Source of the DNA: Eledone cirrhosa
Lineage: Eukaryota
Length of the DNA: 64,000 nucleotides
NCBI GenBank assembly: GCA_964016885.1
Contig: OZ024741.1
Coordinates: 393,514,001-393,578,000 of the forward strand
Reading direction: 5' to 3'
The translations under genes were made by a program, and so were the position numbers. Under the pieces are notes generated by a model. It was not told where the DNA came from. It was given only the letters and a program-made list of their open reading frames with translations, and made no database searches. Positions 50,939-63,146 of the stretch are shown here, piece by piece (position 1 is the first letter of the stretch; each line of letters begins with the position of its first letter).

Positions 50939-51859
50939 CTGCAAAAAATTATTGTAATCTTTTAAAATTTCTTTTATAAAATACAGTTGAAGATATATGC
51001 TCAGGTATGTCTGTGAGTGTGTTTGTTTCTATGAGTTCATGTGTGTGTGTGTGAGAGACTATGTTTATTTATGTAAAGTTTTAACACACACACAAAATTA
51101 CTAGAACGTTTAGTAATTAGCAATTAGTAATTTAGAAATGTGTAATTAGCAGTTCAAACTTAAATTAGAATTTAGCAGTTTGAAACTTATCTTTACATTG
51201 TGAATAACTTGTAGAGAGAGATAATATGACATCTTGTTTTATGCATCAGTAATTTTACTGCTTAATTTTGGTATGAACAGTGCTTCACTATTAAATGGAA
51301 GGGAACATAAGAGAGTTACTCATAAAATAAAGATCAAATTTAATTCTGATAATTTCTCGTTTAATTTTTCTATTTTATTTGGTAAGTCATTCATGTGACA
51401 TGGTAATTTAAATTATTGAATACATGCAATAATCATGACTTTTAACTTTTAACATGCACATTATAATCATAGTCGAAGTATATATATTTTTGAAAATCTG
51501 ACACATACACACACACACACATACATATATACATACATACATACATACATACATACAATGGTATCTACCTGTCTATGGTAGGGCCAATAACGCTGTTAGA
51601 ACTCCATGTAGTATGGAAGTAAAATTCCAACAAAAATAGGTGATAAGAGCTTTTGTTTTTGTAGTAGAATGTCATCATATTAAAATTCGTTGAGCATTCA
51701 AAGAAGCTACAGGGACATTGAAAGGAGTGAAAGCAGCCATCAAGTTAAGCCGTCCTAAGGGGAGCTTCCACCAATAAAACTGTCTGAGTCAGAAGTTGTT
51801 TATGATAGACAAAAGACATTAAATAGTATAACTATAAATGGGGATGGGGGTTAATTTAC

Positions 51860-54442
51860 AGTCATGTGACTGTGTGTTTTGTCAGACATGCAGGTGTTTT
51901 AAGAGGTGTCTGGCATGTTCCATCATGTAGTGAGAACAGATGTGGGTGAGGGTGGCACTCATGTGGGTATGTAATAAATATGACAATTGAAAGAGGGAGA
52001 TTACTTGTTCAATCCTGAATAAAATATGTGTCTAGAAAATGTTTTGAATTCAGCACATCACATCCTCCTGGGGTTTTTGAAATTCATTCCCCTTTCTTGT
52101 ATTCATTTGGACCTTTAAAGCTGAATAGTTTCTGGAGCAGGTAAAGTTGTTTCCCATCGGCTTCAGCCTTTTCACAGAGTATACAAATGTCTTGGAATGT
52201 TGGATTTTACAAGAGAAGTTGTTTGCTCCGAATATGCTGATCGTTAACTCTGGCAATGAGATGATCCTGGAGTACCATGTTTAGCTGGTCACTGAAATCA
52301 CATCTGATTCCCTGGTGTAATTTCAAGATGAATTGACAGGACTCAGATTCACCATGCACTAATGATTTAAATTATGCTCTCTTAGTTACTTGAAACTTTG
52401 CCAGTTTTAAATGGTTGTGAAGATCCTCCTGCATTTCTTTTAAGGATGCTGGCTTGAGATCTTTCAGATAGATCACTGTCTTCAGTGAAAATGCTTCCTC
52501 TCCAATTGCAGTTAGGAAAGAACCCTTGATAAACTTTCCTGACAGATTTTCCCTTTGTTCTACCCAAAAGTCGAAATGATCCAAGTGGTCTTGAACTTCT
52601 TTAGCAGTCGAAGAAATATCTAAGAATTCAATCTTTAGGTCTATTTGAATGGTTGTAGAAATAGTTGTTGAAGTAAGGAATTATTAACAGCAGTGGTGAA
52701 TGATTGAAGAAGGTTAAACTCTTGAATTTCACTAGGGATTCTTGCTATCTTTGTCACCAGTTGAAATGAACAAAACAAGCTGTCTAATTAAGCCCATCTT
52801 GAGAGAAGTGACCACCAATTTAATTTGCTGTCACGTGATTGTGTGTTTTTTCAGACATGCAGGTGTTTTAAAAGGTGTCTGGTATGTTCCATTATGTAGT
52901 GAGAACAGATGTGGGGGAGGGTTGTACCCATGTGGGTATGTGATATGGCCGAGCTAGAGAAGAAATTCCAAACATGGAAGCACGACCTAGAATCAAAAGG
53001 CCTTAAAATTAACATGGCTAAGACTAAAGTTCTAGTTTGTAGGAAAGAAAATAAGGTGCCGGTCCCTTCCGGGAAATGGCCATGCTCAGTGTGTAGGAAA
53101 GGCGTAGGTAGAAACTCCATTTTATGTCCCAAATGCAAAGTATGGGTGCATAAAAGATGTAGTGGGATCACAGGTAAGCTAACTAAGAACATAGATTTTA
53201 CATGTGGCCGGTGCTCTGGTGCAATAAGCAGCAGTAAGTGCCCACAAAATACTAGCTCTTTCAACTGCGCAGAGGGTTCTATAGAAATAGTGGACAGCTT
53301 CCGTTACCTGGGTGACAAAATCAGCAGTGGGGGAGGGTGCTCCGAAAGTACAGTAGCTAGAGTCAGAACTGGATGGAAAAAGTTCAGAGAGCTTATACCA
53401 CTATTAGCCGCTAAAGGGTTCTCCCTAAAAATGAAAGGCAGGTTGTATGATGCCTGCATACGAACAGCAATGTTGCATGGCAGTGAGACCTGGGCATTGT
53501 GTGCAGAGGATATACGCAGACTAGAGAGGAACGAAGCTTGCATGCTCCGCTGGATGTGTAATAGTAATATACGCGAACGGCAAAGCATAAACGAACTAAG
53601 GAAAAAATTAGAAATAAGAGGGATCAGATGTTGTTTACTCGAGAGAAGGCTACGTTGGTATGGTCACGTGATGCGCATGAAAGACGACAGCTGTATAGCA
53701 AAGTGCAGGGCAATAAAGATAGACGGTAGCCATGGAGTAGGCAGACCCAGAAAAACCTGGGATGAGCTGATAAATTCCGACCTCACACACTTACACCTCT
53801 CCAAGACAATGTCACTGGACCGAGAGCTTTGGCGGTACTCAGTAATAGAGAAGACCCGCGTTACCTAAATACAAAGTAAAACCTACTACAGTCAGTAGGC
53901 ATCTCTAACAAAATACACCCCCGTCCCACCACCCCCACCCCATCCACACCACCCCTTTCAATGTAAAGTTATGTTGGTGCCACAAAATCCAGGCCGAAAC
54001 AAATGAGATCGTGTAGGTGTCACGACAAAAAACACACAGTCCACGCTGTAATGTGACCGTGTAGGCAACACGGTAAAAACCTCCCAGTCCCACACTGTAA
54101 ATGTGGTTGGTGTTAGGAAGGGCATCCAGCTGTAGAAAACCCGCCAGACAGTCCACGCTGTAATGTGGCCGTGTAGGCAACACAGTAAAAACCTCCCAGC
54201 CCCACACTGTAAATGTGGTTGGTGTTAGGAAAGGCATCCAACTGTAGAAAACCCGCCAGACAGTCCTATGCGAGCAAGACAACCACTCTTGCCTCAAGTG
54301 GGAAAACTCTCGTCCAAACCCATGCAAGCATGGAACACGGACGTTAAACGATGATGATGATGATGATGATGAATGAGGGAAATTATGTTCAATCTTGAGC
54401 AAAATATGTGTCTAGAAAATGTTTTGAATTCATCACATCACA
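51860..54442 (-). mobile_element. internally deleted Gypsy-type LTR retrotransposon (gag relic). LTRs at 51860-52062 and 52829-54442, the latter split by an RTE insertion
   Basis: Two similar ~200-bp direct repeats starting TGTGATG on the minus strand. Purine-rich AGGAGGA before the 3' LTR. Gag-like FLTAIGEEAF..L.NHL..CDF..L...LQDHLI in between. Confidence 0.75.
52942..54370 (+). mobile_element. RTE LINE, 5'-truncated, with open C-terminal frame (ORF 52909..53868)
   Basis: GLKINMAKTK, PHD-like Cys cluster, FRYLGD, RRLRWYGHVMRM, GRPRKTW and a (GAT)n tail. Confidence 0.92.
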
Positions 54443-54477
54443 CACACACACATATATATATAATATGTATAGATATA

Positions 54478-54900
54478 TGTAAACCATTAAAGCCAGTGAT
54501 AGCAATGTGGGCAACCTAAGAATTAAGGAAGCCTTGCACATACGTAGACTCAACCCGCAAATAAATAATAGATTAGAACTCAGCACACAGTACTTGCCAT
54601 ACAAAGACAAACCCACAGGCACACAAGCAAAACATCTCATATAAAAAAGAAAATTGATTTCGCGAAATACTATATTGGCAATTGATGTCATTCATGTGGA
54701 AAGCGAATTAACCATAAAAAAAACGCTTGAAAACGACTTAGAAAATATTTAAATCAAAATCCAAATTTTATCCCAAAGAGAGGAAATTGGAACGTTATCC
54801 TCTGAAAGTTCCTTAAACCCTGATGAAGGGACTTTTAGGTCCCAAAGTATTGGACAGATAAAAGAACAACAACAAAACAAAACAAAGATTACCAGGTAAC
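54478..54900 (+). mobile_element. Penelope-like 3' relic with decayed hammerhead (~54817-54850)
   Basis: ASDSNVGNLRIKEALHIRRLNPQIN (GIY-YIG C-terminus), then CTGATGA-AGGGAC TTTTAG GTCCC-AAAG with the G of GAAA missing. Confidence 0.65.
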
Positions 54901-55734
54901 TTTTTGTTACCTCATCTTACAGTCCATTCTGCATTGTTTGGCCTTCTATCTCTTTCAACGTTATGTATATCACCTTGATCGACCAGTCTATCGGGTGCCA
55001 ATCGGCGCTGCTGGTCACAGCATATCGTGCTGTTTTAGCCATAAGATAACGCCATCCCACTGGCTGGGCGGGCAGGCTGGTACACATTTCTACAGCTGAG
55101 TAAACTGGAGCAACGTGAAATAAAGTGTCTTGCTCAAGGAAACAACACATCACCCGGTCCGAGAATTGAACTCACAACCTTTCGATTGCAAGCCCAATGC
55201 TCTAACCTTCCCCCTTCCATAGCATTCCTAACAGTTATTCTCAACTTACTACTTCACTCCCCCTCCACACACACATGCATTCCTGGCAGGCAGCCCCGTA
55301 AAGTAGTTGGTGATAGGAAGGACTTCCAGCCACAGAGAGCTTGCCAAGCAAACAAACAAAGGGTTGGCAGGACCTGTCAGTCATGTCATGAATATGACAA
55401 CCTCCCCAGTGTTGGTGATTAGCATGATAAATGCACCCAGTACACACTATAGTGGTTGATGATAGGAAGGACATCCGACCATAGAAATCTTGCAAAACAA
55501 AGGGTTGGGAGGACCCTCGGTTGTGTCAAAGGCATGACGACTTCTCCTGAGCACTTGATACAACATGAGACCGTACATGAGTGAGACACAGATTCCAGGT
55601 TTGCTTGAGAGGTCAGTGGCTCCGATTTAGTATGGACTTGGTCTATATAGACCTATCCAACACTTGCTAGCAGGGAAAGCAGACGTTAAAACAACAACAA
55701 TGATGATGATGACACACACATGCACTTATACACA

Positions 55735-55768
<34 letters not shown>

Positions 55769-55769
<1 letters not shown>

Positions 55770-55870
55770 GGAAAAAGTATGACCCCGACGGCAGAGCTCA
55801 AGCCATTTCAACGGCTATTTCAAGCCGTCGAAACGGCTTGAGCTCTGGCGTCGGGGTGATACTCTTTCCT
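55769..55870. repeat. ~100-nt GC-rich hairpin of a small repeat family (related pieces ~42690-42722 and ~48395-48535)
   Basis: AGGAAAAAGTATGACCCCGACGGCAGAGCTCAAGCC...GGCTTGAGCTCTGGCGTCGGGGTGATACTCTTTCCT. Confidence 0.75.
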
Positions 55871-55948
55871 ATTTCCCACTCTACTACCCTAAGTATTGAG
55901 TACTCTGGTGCGTTATGGTCCATTTGGTTCCTTACCACAATTCCTTTG

Positions 55949-55990
<42 letters not shown>

Positions 55991-56044
55991 AAAAGTTAGG
56001 TGGAAATATCCAAGGGTAAGAACATTCAGTCCATAGGACGAGTT

Positions 56045-58238
56045 TAGTGTAAATAATTACAACAGTGACATAAACAGGTACTCAAGTTTTGTTGTCATAA
56101 TAAAAATAAAAATAAAGATGAGCGCCTAGGGTTGATTGTGTTTTCCTTTTAGGATTATATCATAAGAGTTTCAACAAAGGCAGATAATTTGGAAATACGA
56201 AAAAGCTGATCCTGCTACCTATAATGCCATTAATACTGAGGCGAAGGATATAGCCACCTCCCTTTAAGTAAATAACAAGTTAGAGTGCTTGGCTAGGAGG
56301 GAGGATAATATCACCCTTAAGGATCATAAGAATGACTTTGCCAATAAACCAGCTTGCAGATTCTTAAACCCTGCTAAAATAGAGCTAGGTCTTGTTAGTA
56401 AGTATATACTCAGGAAAATTAATACAGCCATTAAGAAACAGTCCAACCTTAATCAGTGGGATAATAGTCAAACCTTTATAGATTGGTTTAATGCCCTCAA
56501 ACACACTGAGAAAGCTAGGTTTACACAATTTGACATTATTAAATTTTATCCCTCAATACCCAGGATCTTATTTGATAAGGCCCTTGATTTTGCTACTAAA
56601 TTTACTAACATAGATGATTTGGACTGATTAGTCATATCCCACTGCAGGGAATCCCTCCTTTTTAGCAACGGCGATCCATGGATAAAACAACCCACAACCA
56701 ACAACCCATTCGATGTAGTAATGGTATCATTTGACAGCACAGATATATGTGATCTGGTGGGCCTGTTTATTCTATACACTATACAGAATAAATTCCTTGA
56801 CTTCCATATGGAACTATATTGTGATAACGGTCTGGCACTATCCAGCCATAAAAGTGGCCATGATTTTAACACCTTTAGGAAAAACTTAATCGCTACCTTC
56901 AACAGCCTAGGTGTAAAATTACGAGAGCCACCAATCTCACCAATGTCAACTTCCTAGACGTTAACTTAGACCTACAGACATGCACATAAAGACCATTACA
57001 CAAACCCAATGAGAAACGTCAGTAGATCCATAAGAACTCTAGCCACCCCACTATAGTTTTTAAAAATCTCACTAACAACATTAGTAAGAGGGGTTCCAAC
57101 CTCTCCTCCAGCAAAGCCATCTTTGATAGGGCAGCACCCTACTATAATTCAGCACTGAGTAACAGCGGCTTCTCCAAAAAAATCACGTACTCTCCAGATC
57201 ACAGCCCTACATCTAGAAAGAAAAACCCTAGACATAAAAATATCATATGGTTCACACCACCTTTCTCACTTAATGTGAAAACTAATTTAGGTAAAAATTC
57301 CTAGCCCTCATAGATCTCCATTTCCCTGATGTCCATAAATACCAAAAGATATTTAATCACCATACAGTAAAAATAGGATACTCTTGCACCAACAATGTTA
57401 GATCCTACATCACCGGCAAACACAAAAGCCCTCCACCATACGGTTGCTCATATAGAATACCTGAAACATGTCCACTAGACCAACAATGCAAATCTCCTGA
57501 GGTGATATACCAAGCAGAGCTTACCTCTACCATTCAGAACCATCAAACTGAAGCCTGGAGCTGTGTCGGTATGTCTGAGAGTCGGTTTATAAACTGGTAT
57601 CTGAATCACGAAACAACCTTCGGATATCTTGACAAAAAACATGCCACCCAGCTCACAAATCACGTATGAAGCCTTAAGAACAACGTCACGCGTTTTCCCA
57701 TCAAATGGAGGATATTAGAAAGATCTACTGCCTACGTGAATAGGTCGGAATTTTGTTGACTTGTAATTCTGAAAAATGGTATATACTCTCACAATTAGCT
57801 TCAGATAAGCACTGCCTCAACACACGGCTTGATTGCTTTGGCGGTTGTCTCCATGAGAAGAAGTACATTTTGAGTAAATGGCTTAGACCTGATTAACAGG
57901 TCTAGAAGTATACTTTGATTCATTGACTATTTTGTATATCAGGGAAATTGCATTCTTTGAGTCAGCTAGACAAATTTATTTCCCTTCTATTCTTATTCAA
58001 GCTTAATTGTGGTCTCTCAAGAGTTACCTCCCTGGTACCTTCTAATAAAAAAAACAACTTTTTCTAAATAATTTCCAAATTACCTGCCTTTATTTAAATT
58101 CTTATGATATATTCCTAAAAGAAAAGCACAATCAACCCTAGGCAGCCATCTTTATTTTTCTTTTTCTTAAGACAGTCTGAATGAGTAGGGGTCCAGAACC
58201 CAACGAAACTTGAGTATCTGTTTATGTCACTGTTGTAA

Positions 58239-58246
<8 letters not shown>
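56045..58246 (+). mobile_element. Penelope-like element (Naiad-like), decayed RT + GIY-YIG, with an inverted terminal copy at the 5' side
   Basis: ITLKDHKNDFANKPACRFLNPAK, NQWDN, FDIIKFYPSI, NFLDVNLDL, IIWFTPPFS. 56050-56153 mirrors 58113-58245. Confidence 0.88.
58171..58222 (+). ncRNA. hammerhead-like motif in PLE 3' terminus (one extra base in core)
   Basis: GACAGT-CTGAATGA-GTAGGG GTCCAGAA CCCAAC-GAAAC TTGA GTA-TCTGTT. Confidence 0.55.
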
Positions 58247-58302
<56 letters not shown>

Positions 58303-58449
58303 ATATATATATTGTTCTGTGTTTTCCTTTTTGAGTAAACTTTTTCCGGTTCATTTTCATCAGCATAAGTTGAACAAGCTGGTCCTCAGGGCTAATGAAA
58401 CATTCGTACCTGGTATGGCATCGTTGTAGTGAATAATTATATTCAAACT

Positions 58450-59385
58450 CACCCTACGGAGTTGAGTTGCTCAATATCTTGGATATTTTTATCTACCTAT
58501 TACTTCTATATGGAATTCAGAAACGAACACCATACAAGTAACCCATTCTTAAAACAAACTAACATTCACACACCACACTCACAACAAACAAAAAAAGTAG
58601 CAAAGCATGAAACATACCCTCAGCAAAACTATGACGATAATCCCAGAATTCATAGACAACACTATAACCCTACTAAAAAATCCAAGCACCCCCTAACACA
58701 AGACAGGACTTGATCCAACACCATAGATTGCAACTCACACAAAGGAACAAAAATTACAACCCGGACCAGCAACAAACCAAACCTGAGTACGTCTGCAACT
58801 TCTATAAAAGACCACACAATAACTGTTAAAATGCCATCAGATATAGTAATACCCATGAAAGAACAATTCTGAAAGATCATTTTTTAGACCAAGGCTACAG
58901 GACCCACAACACCCAATGGTACAAACCTATTTTGAAAAGTCGAAAATAATCAATCTTTCAAATACAAACTTCTCAATTCAACAAATAAAATTTCTCTCAA
59001 AAGGACTGAAATTTGTGTGGATTTCAGTCCTTTTGAGATAAACAACAATATTCCACACTTCTGTAGAAAATTACGTCTAACAGTTTTTGACAAAGAGAAT
59101 AGCGATGAATCAATTGTATGGAATAAAAGCAGCTACAACCCAACAAAGGGCAGGAACAGAATTCTGGACAAAGTTTGTGACCACATATCAACTTTCCCAT
59201 ACCATGAACTACCTTAACCTGAACTCAGTTGAAGGGAATGGGAGATTATTCATGAATTAAAAACAATAATGACATAATTAAGGAAGCTGATAAGGGAAGC
59301 ACTATCATCATTATGGATGCTGAACATTATAAAAACTCCATATCCTCTCTCTTACAAGACACTAACTACTATGAAAGAGCTACCA
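58450..59385 (+). mobile_element. Penelope-like N-terminal relic (a related relic probably at ~45520-46070, minus)
   Basis: KGLKF, FCRKLRL, IIKEADKGSTIIIMD..Y....L.D..YY. Confidence 0.7.
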
Positions 59386-59387
59386 GC

Positions 59388-59855
59388 ATCGACCGGTTAA
59401 ATTACTCGGTATCTGGTTTGGTCCAGACCTCCACATGGACAAAAACTGGCACGAGGTAAAGTTCAAGGTGGCTTCTCTCACCTAGAAATGGGCCAAGAGG
59501 AAGCTATCCTTGAAAGGCCAGGCAAAGGTGGTGAACATGTACATCATGTCCGTCATCTACTACTGCCTGGCCATCGTGCTTTGTGTTAGCCCCCATCTGA
59601 CTGCACTAGAGCGTCTATTTTTCGCTTTTTTTGGAGGGCCAGGTTCAATTGGTGAGGTGGTCCATCTGCTGTCAACACCCGCTACGTAGAGGATTGGGGA
59701 TGCCATGGCTGATGATGTGCAAACATGCGCTGAGGCTATGACATCTTCAACTTTTCCTGGATGGTGCGGTTGCTAGACATATTTTTCCCCAGCTTGTCAC
59801 CTTGATGGAACTGTAGTCCTGAGTCAAGCGAAGACCGAGGTAGAGTGTTTGGAGA
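59388..59855 (+). mobile_element. Tx1/L1-clade LINE fragment
   Basis: VKLLGIWFG...NW..V......W..RKLSLKG.A.VVN, F.FF and GLGMP. Confidence 0.75.
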
Positions 59856-59859
59856 CTGG

Positions 59860-61745
59860 AATGTCTTCAAGATGCTGAAGGCATCTGGTTCGGTAGGTCA
59901 CACCATAACCACACGTATTGTTAACCAGGTAGTACTAGAGGGTGTCATACCAAAGGATTGGTGTAGCAGCATCATTGTCAACTGCTACAAGGGTAAAGGT
60001 GATGCACTAGATAGAGGAAACTATAGAGGTATAAAGCTCATGGACCAGGTCATGAAAGTAACGGAAAGAGTTATAGCACAGTTGATTAGGGACCAGGTAA
60101 AACTAGATGAGATGCAATTTGGGTTTGTGCCAGGAAGAGGGACCACTGATGCCCTCTTCCTTGTGAGGCAGTTACAGGAAAAGTTCCTAACTAAAAGTAA
60201 GCTGCTCTACCTGGCATTCATTGATCTGGAAAAAGCCTTTGACATAGTGCCCCGTGACATAATCTGGTGGGCACTTAGAAAACTAGGAGTAGATGAATGG
60301 CTTGTGAAATCTGTACAAGCCATGTATAGGGGAACAGTCAGCAAAGTTAGGGTTAACAATGACTATAGCGAGGAATTTAGCATACAGATTAGTGTCCACC
60401 AGAGCTCTGTTCTTAGCCCTCTCCTGTTCATTATAGTTTTGCAGGCAATAACAGAGGAGTTTAAGACCGGATGCCCATGGGAACTCCTGTATGTGGATGA
60501 TCTCACACTTATAGCTAAATCTATGGTGGAACTAGAGAGGAAATTCCAAACAGAAGCAGGGACTAGAAAGAAAGGGTCTCAAAGTCCACCTAACAAAGAC
60601 TAAGGTCTTCGTAAGTAGACGAGAAAACAGAACCCAGATCCCCTTAGGGAAATGGCCTTGCTCAGTATGTAGGAACTCCATCCTCTGCCCCAAATGCAAA
60701 CAGTGGGTACACAAGAGATGTAGTGGGATCTCAGGAACTTAACTAAGAATGTAGGCTTCACATGTAGCAGCTGCGCTGGGACAGCAAGCAGCAAACAGCC
60801 ACAGGAAACAAGTACCACCAAACTCTGGGAGGGCTCTATAGAAAAAGTAGACAGCTTCTGCTACATAGGTGACCGAATTAGCAGTGAAGGTGGGTGTTCG
60901 GAAAATACAATAACTAGAGTAAGAACGGGATGGAAGAAGTTCAGGGAACTACTACCACTGCTAGCTGCAAAAGGCTTTTCCCTTAAAATTAAAGGCAGAC
61001 TGTATGATGCGTGTATCCGAACAGCAATGTTACATAGTAGTGAGACCTGGGCGCTGTGTGTAGAAGACTTGCGTAGATTAGAGAGAAATGAAGCCTGCAT
61101 GCTCCGATGGATGTGTAATAGTAATATACGTGAACGACAAAGCATAAATGAATTGAGAGAGAGACTGAGCATAAGAGGAATCAAATGTTGTGTGCAGGAG
61201 AGGTGGTTGCGTTGGTATGGACATGTGATGTGTATGAAGGATGACAGCTGCATAAAAAGGTGCAGAGTACTAGAAGTCAATGGAAACCACGGAGTGGGGA
61301 GACCAAGATGACCTGGGATGAGGTGATAAAAGCCAACCTTACCCAATTACACCTCTCAAAGGCGATGACACACAGCCGTGACCTCTGGTGTCACACAGTA
61401 ATACAGAAGACCCGACTTCCCACGGGTACAAGCCAAAGGTGAAGCATATAGACAATATGTCTCCACACCCTCCCACTGCAAAGTGGTCGTGGAGGTGCCA
61501 TGGCAAAAAAGCACCCAGCCCACACTGTAAAGTGGACGTGTAGGCGCCACGGAAAAAAGCACCCAGCACTCACTGTAAATGAGGTTGGTGTTAGGAAGGG
61601 CATCCAGCTGTAGAAATCAAGCCAGAATCAGTTCCTGTATGAGCAAGACAAGGTCAGCCGACCGGACACAGCCCACAACAGGACAACCCATCTAACCCAT
61701 GCTAGCGTGGAAGAACGGACTTAAAACGGTGATGATGATGTGATG
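59860..61745 (+). mobile_element. RTE LINE, 5'-truncated and frameshifted
   Basis: NYRGIKLM, QFGFVPGRGTTDA, FIDLEKAFD, LLYVDD, RWYGHVM, 3' UTR and (GAT)n tail. Confidence 0.92.
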
Positions 61746-61958
61746 ATATATATATATACATATATATAAACATATATACATAGATGACTCTCAGTTGAAT
61801 CAAAGACAATACAACCTTTATGCACTCAATAGAACGTGAGACTGTAGTTGGGTTATCTAGATCATTGGTTATCTGACTTGGTCTATGTAGACCTGTCTAA
61901 CTCATTCTAGCAGAGAAAGCGGACGTTAAAATGATGATGATGATCATGATGATATATA

Positions 61959-62490
61959 TACCGTATATACTCGGGTAAAAGTCAAATATTTTAGACCAAT
62001 TTTTAAGGTTAGATTTATGGGGTCGCCTGTTATATGGAGACTACTTTTGAGGGGCTTGAAATTCAAGCTAGAATCCAAAGTACCATATCAGAAGCAGAAG
62101 CCCAACTGATCTCTAAACGAATCAATACAAAAACACAATAAATTACAGTAATTTAATCCCATTCTATGCATCAAAACACATCTTAGTAAATAAAAAAATC
62201 CATAAAGAAGGCCATACAGCTCTTATAAATATTTACAATTGCTCTTTTAGTAGTATCTATCAAACTTAACTGACTAACTTAGGCTATGGTAAGGTAGACA
62301 CACTTTTGGGTCAATTTTTAGTTTTAGATATGTATTTGCAATAATAGAAATTTGCCTTAAATTCATGACAATTTTGTAAGTGTTATTTCTACGTACAAGG
62401 ATGACCTGTTATCCGTGGAATACTAGGATTGACTTTTTATTAAGTCTATGGAAAATTCCAGATTTTAGGGCCCAAAATAGGGGGTCAACA
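61959..62490. mobile_element. possible Tc1/pogo-type non-autonomous DNA element
   Basis: Starts TA|CCGTATATACTCGGGTAAAAGTC, resembling pogo-like TIRs. The matching right end is not clear. Confidence 0.35.
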
Positions 62491-62561
62491 TGTGTGTGTG
62501 TGTGTGTGTTTGTGTGTGCATGTGCAAGTGTGTATAGGTTTGTATATATGTATATATGTAT

Positions 62562-62962
62562 TAAATGTAATCTGAGTTTTTCGAATATTAATAAGAACAA
62601 GATATTTCGAATATTAATAATAACATTCGATTTGTTTGCAATTATGCAAATAAGCCTCAATTTTATAGCCATGTCAGTAGAATGAACCCTTCATTCTTGC
62701 TCTTGTGTTGGCATGTAAACAGAACTGCAGACACTAATGCTTCTGGGTATCACCCTTCATCAGTACAGCTCACTGTTCACCTGCCAAACTGTCAGAGCTA
62801 GTGAAAATATATGCTACTTTCTAAAATACACAGTGACTGATTGGCTTGATTTATATATTAGCAGACTGGCTGATCAGTCAGATCTGCATATTAGCAGATC
62901 CACTGATCAGCCAGATTTGCATATCAGCAGACTGGCCAGGCAATTTTCGCTCTACATGGCTG
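62562..62962 (-). mobile_element. one-armed copy of the HHR-bearing element (HHR at 62708-62787, GAAA mutated to GAAG)
   Basis: Colinear with 3891-4314, including the three 33-bp units. Confidence 0.85.
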
Positions 62963-63146
62963 AATACAATAAATGTAAATTAGAATTGGTGCTCTGAAAT
63001 AGCGATATATATATGAATGTATATATAGTGTATTTTGCAATACACTGTCGCTACTTTAAAACAATAGCGTATGGTCTTCAAAATGCTTTTAATTAAGCAT
63101 ACAGTGTATTGCAAAATACACTATATATACATTCATATATATATAT

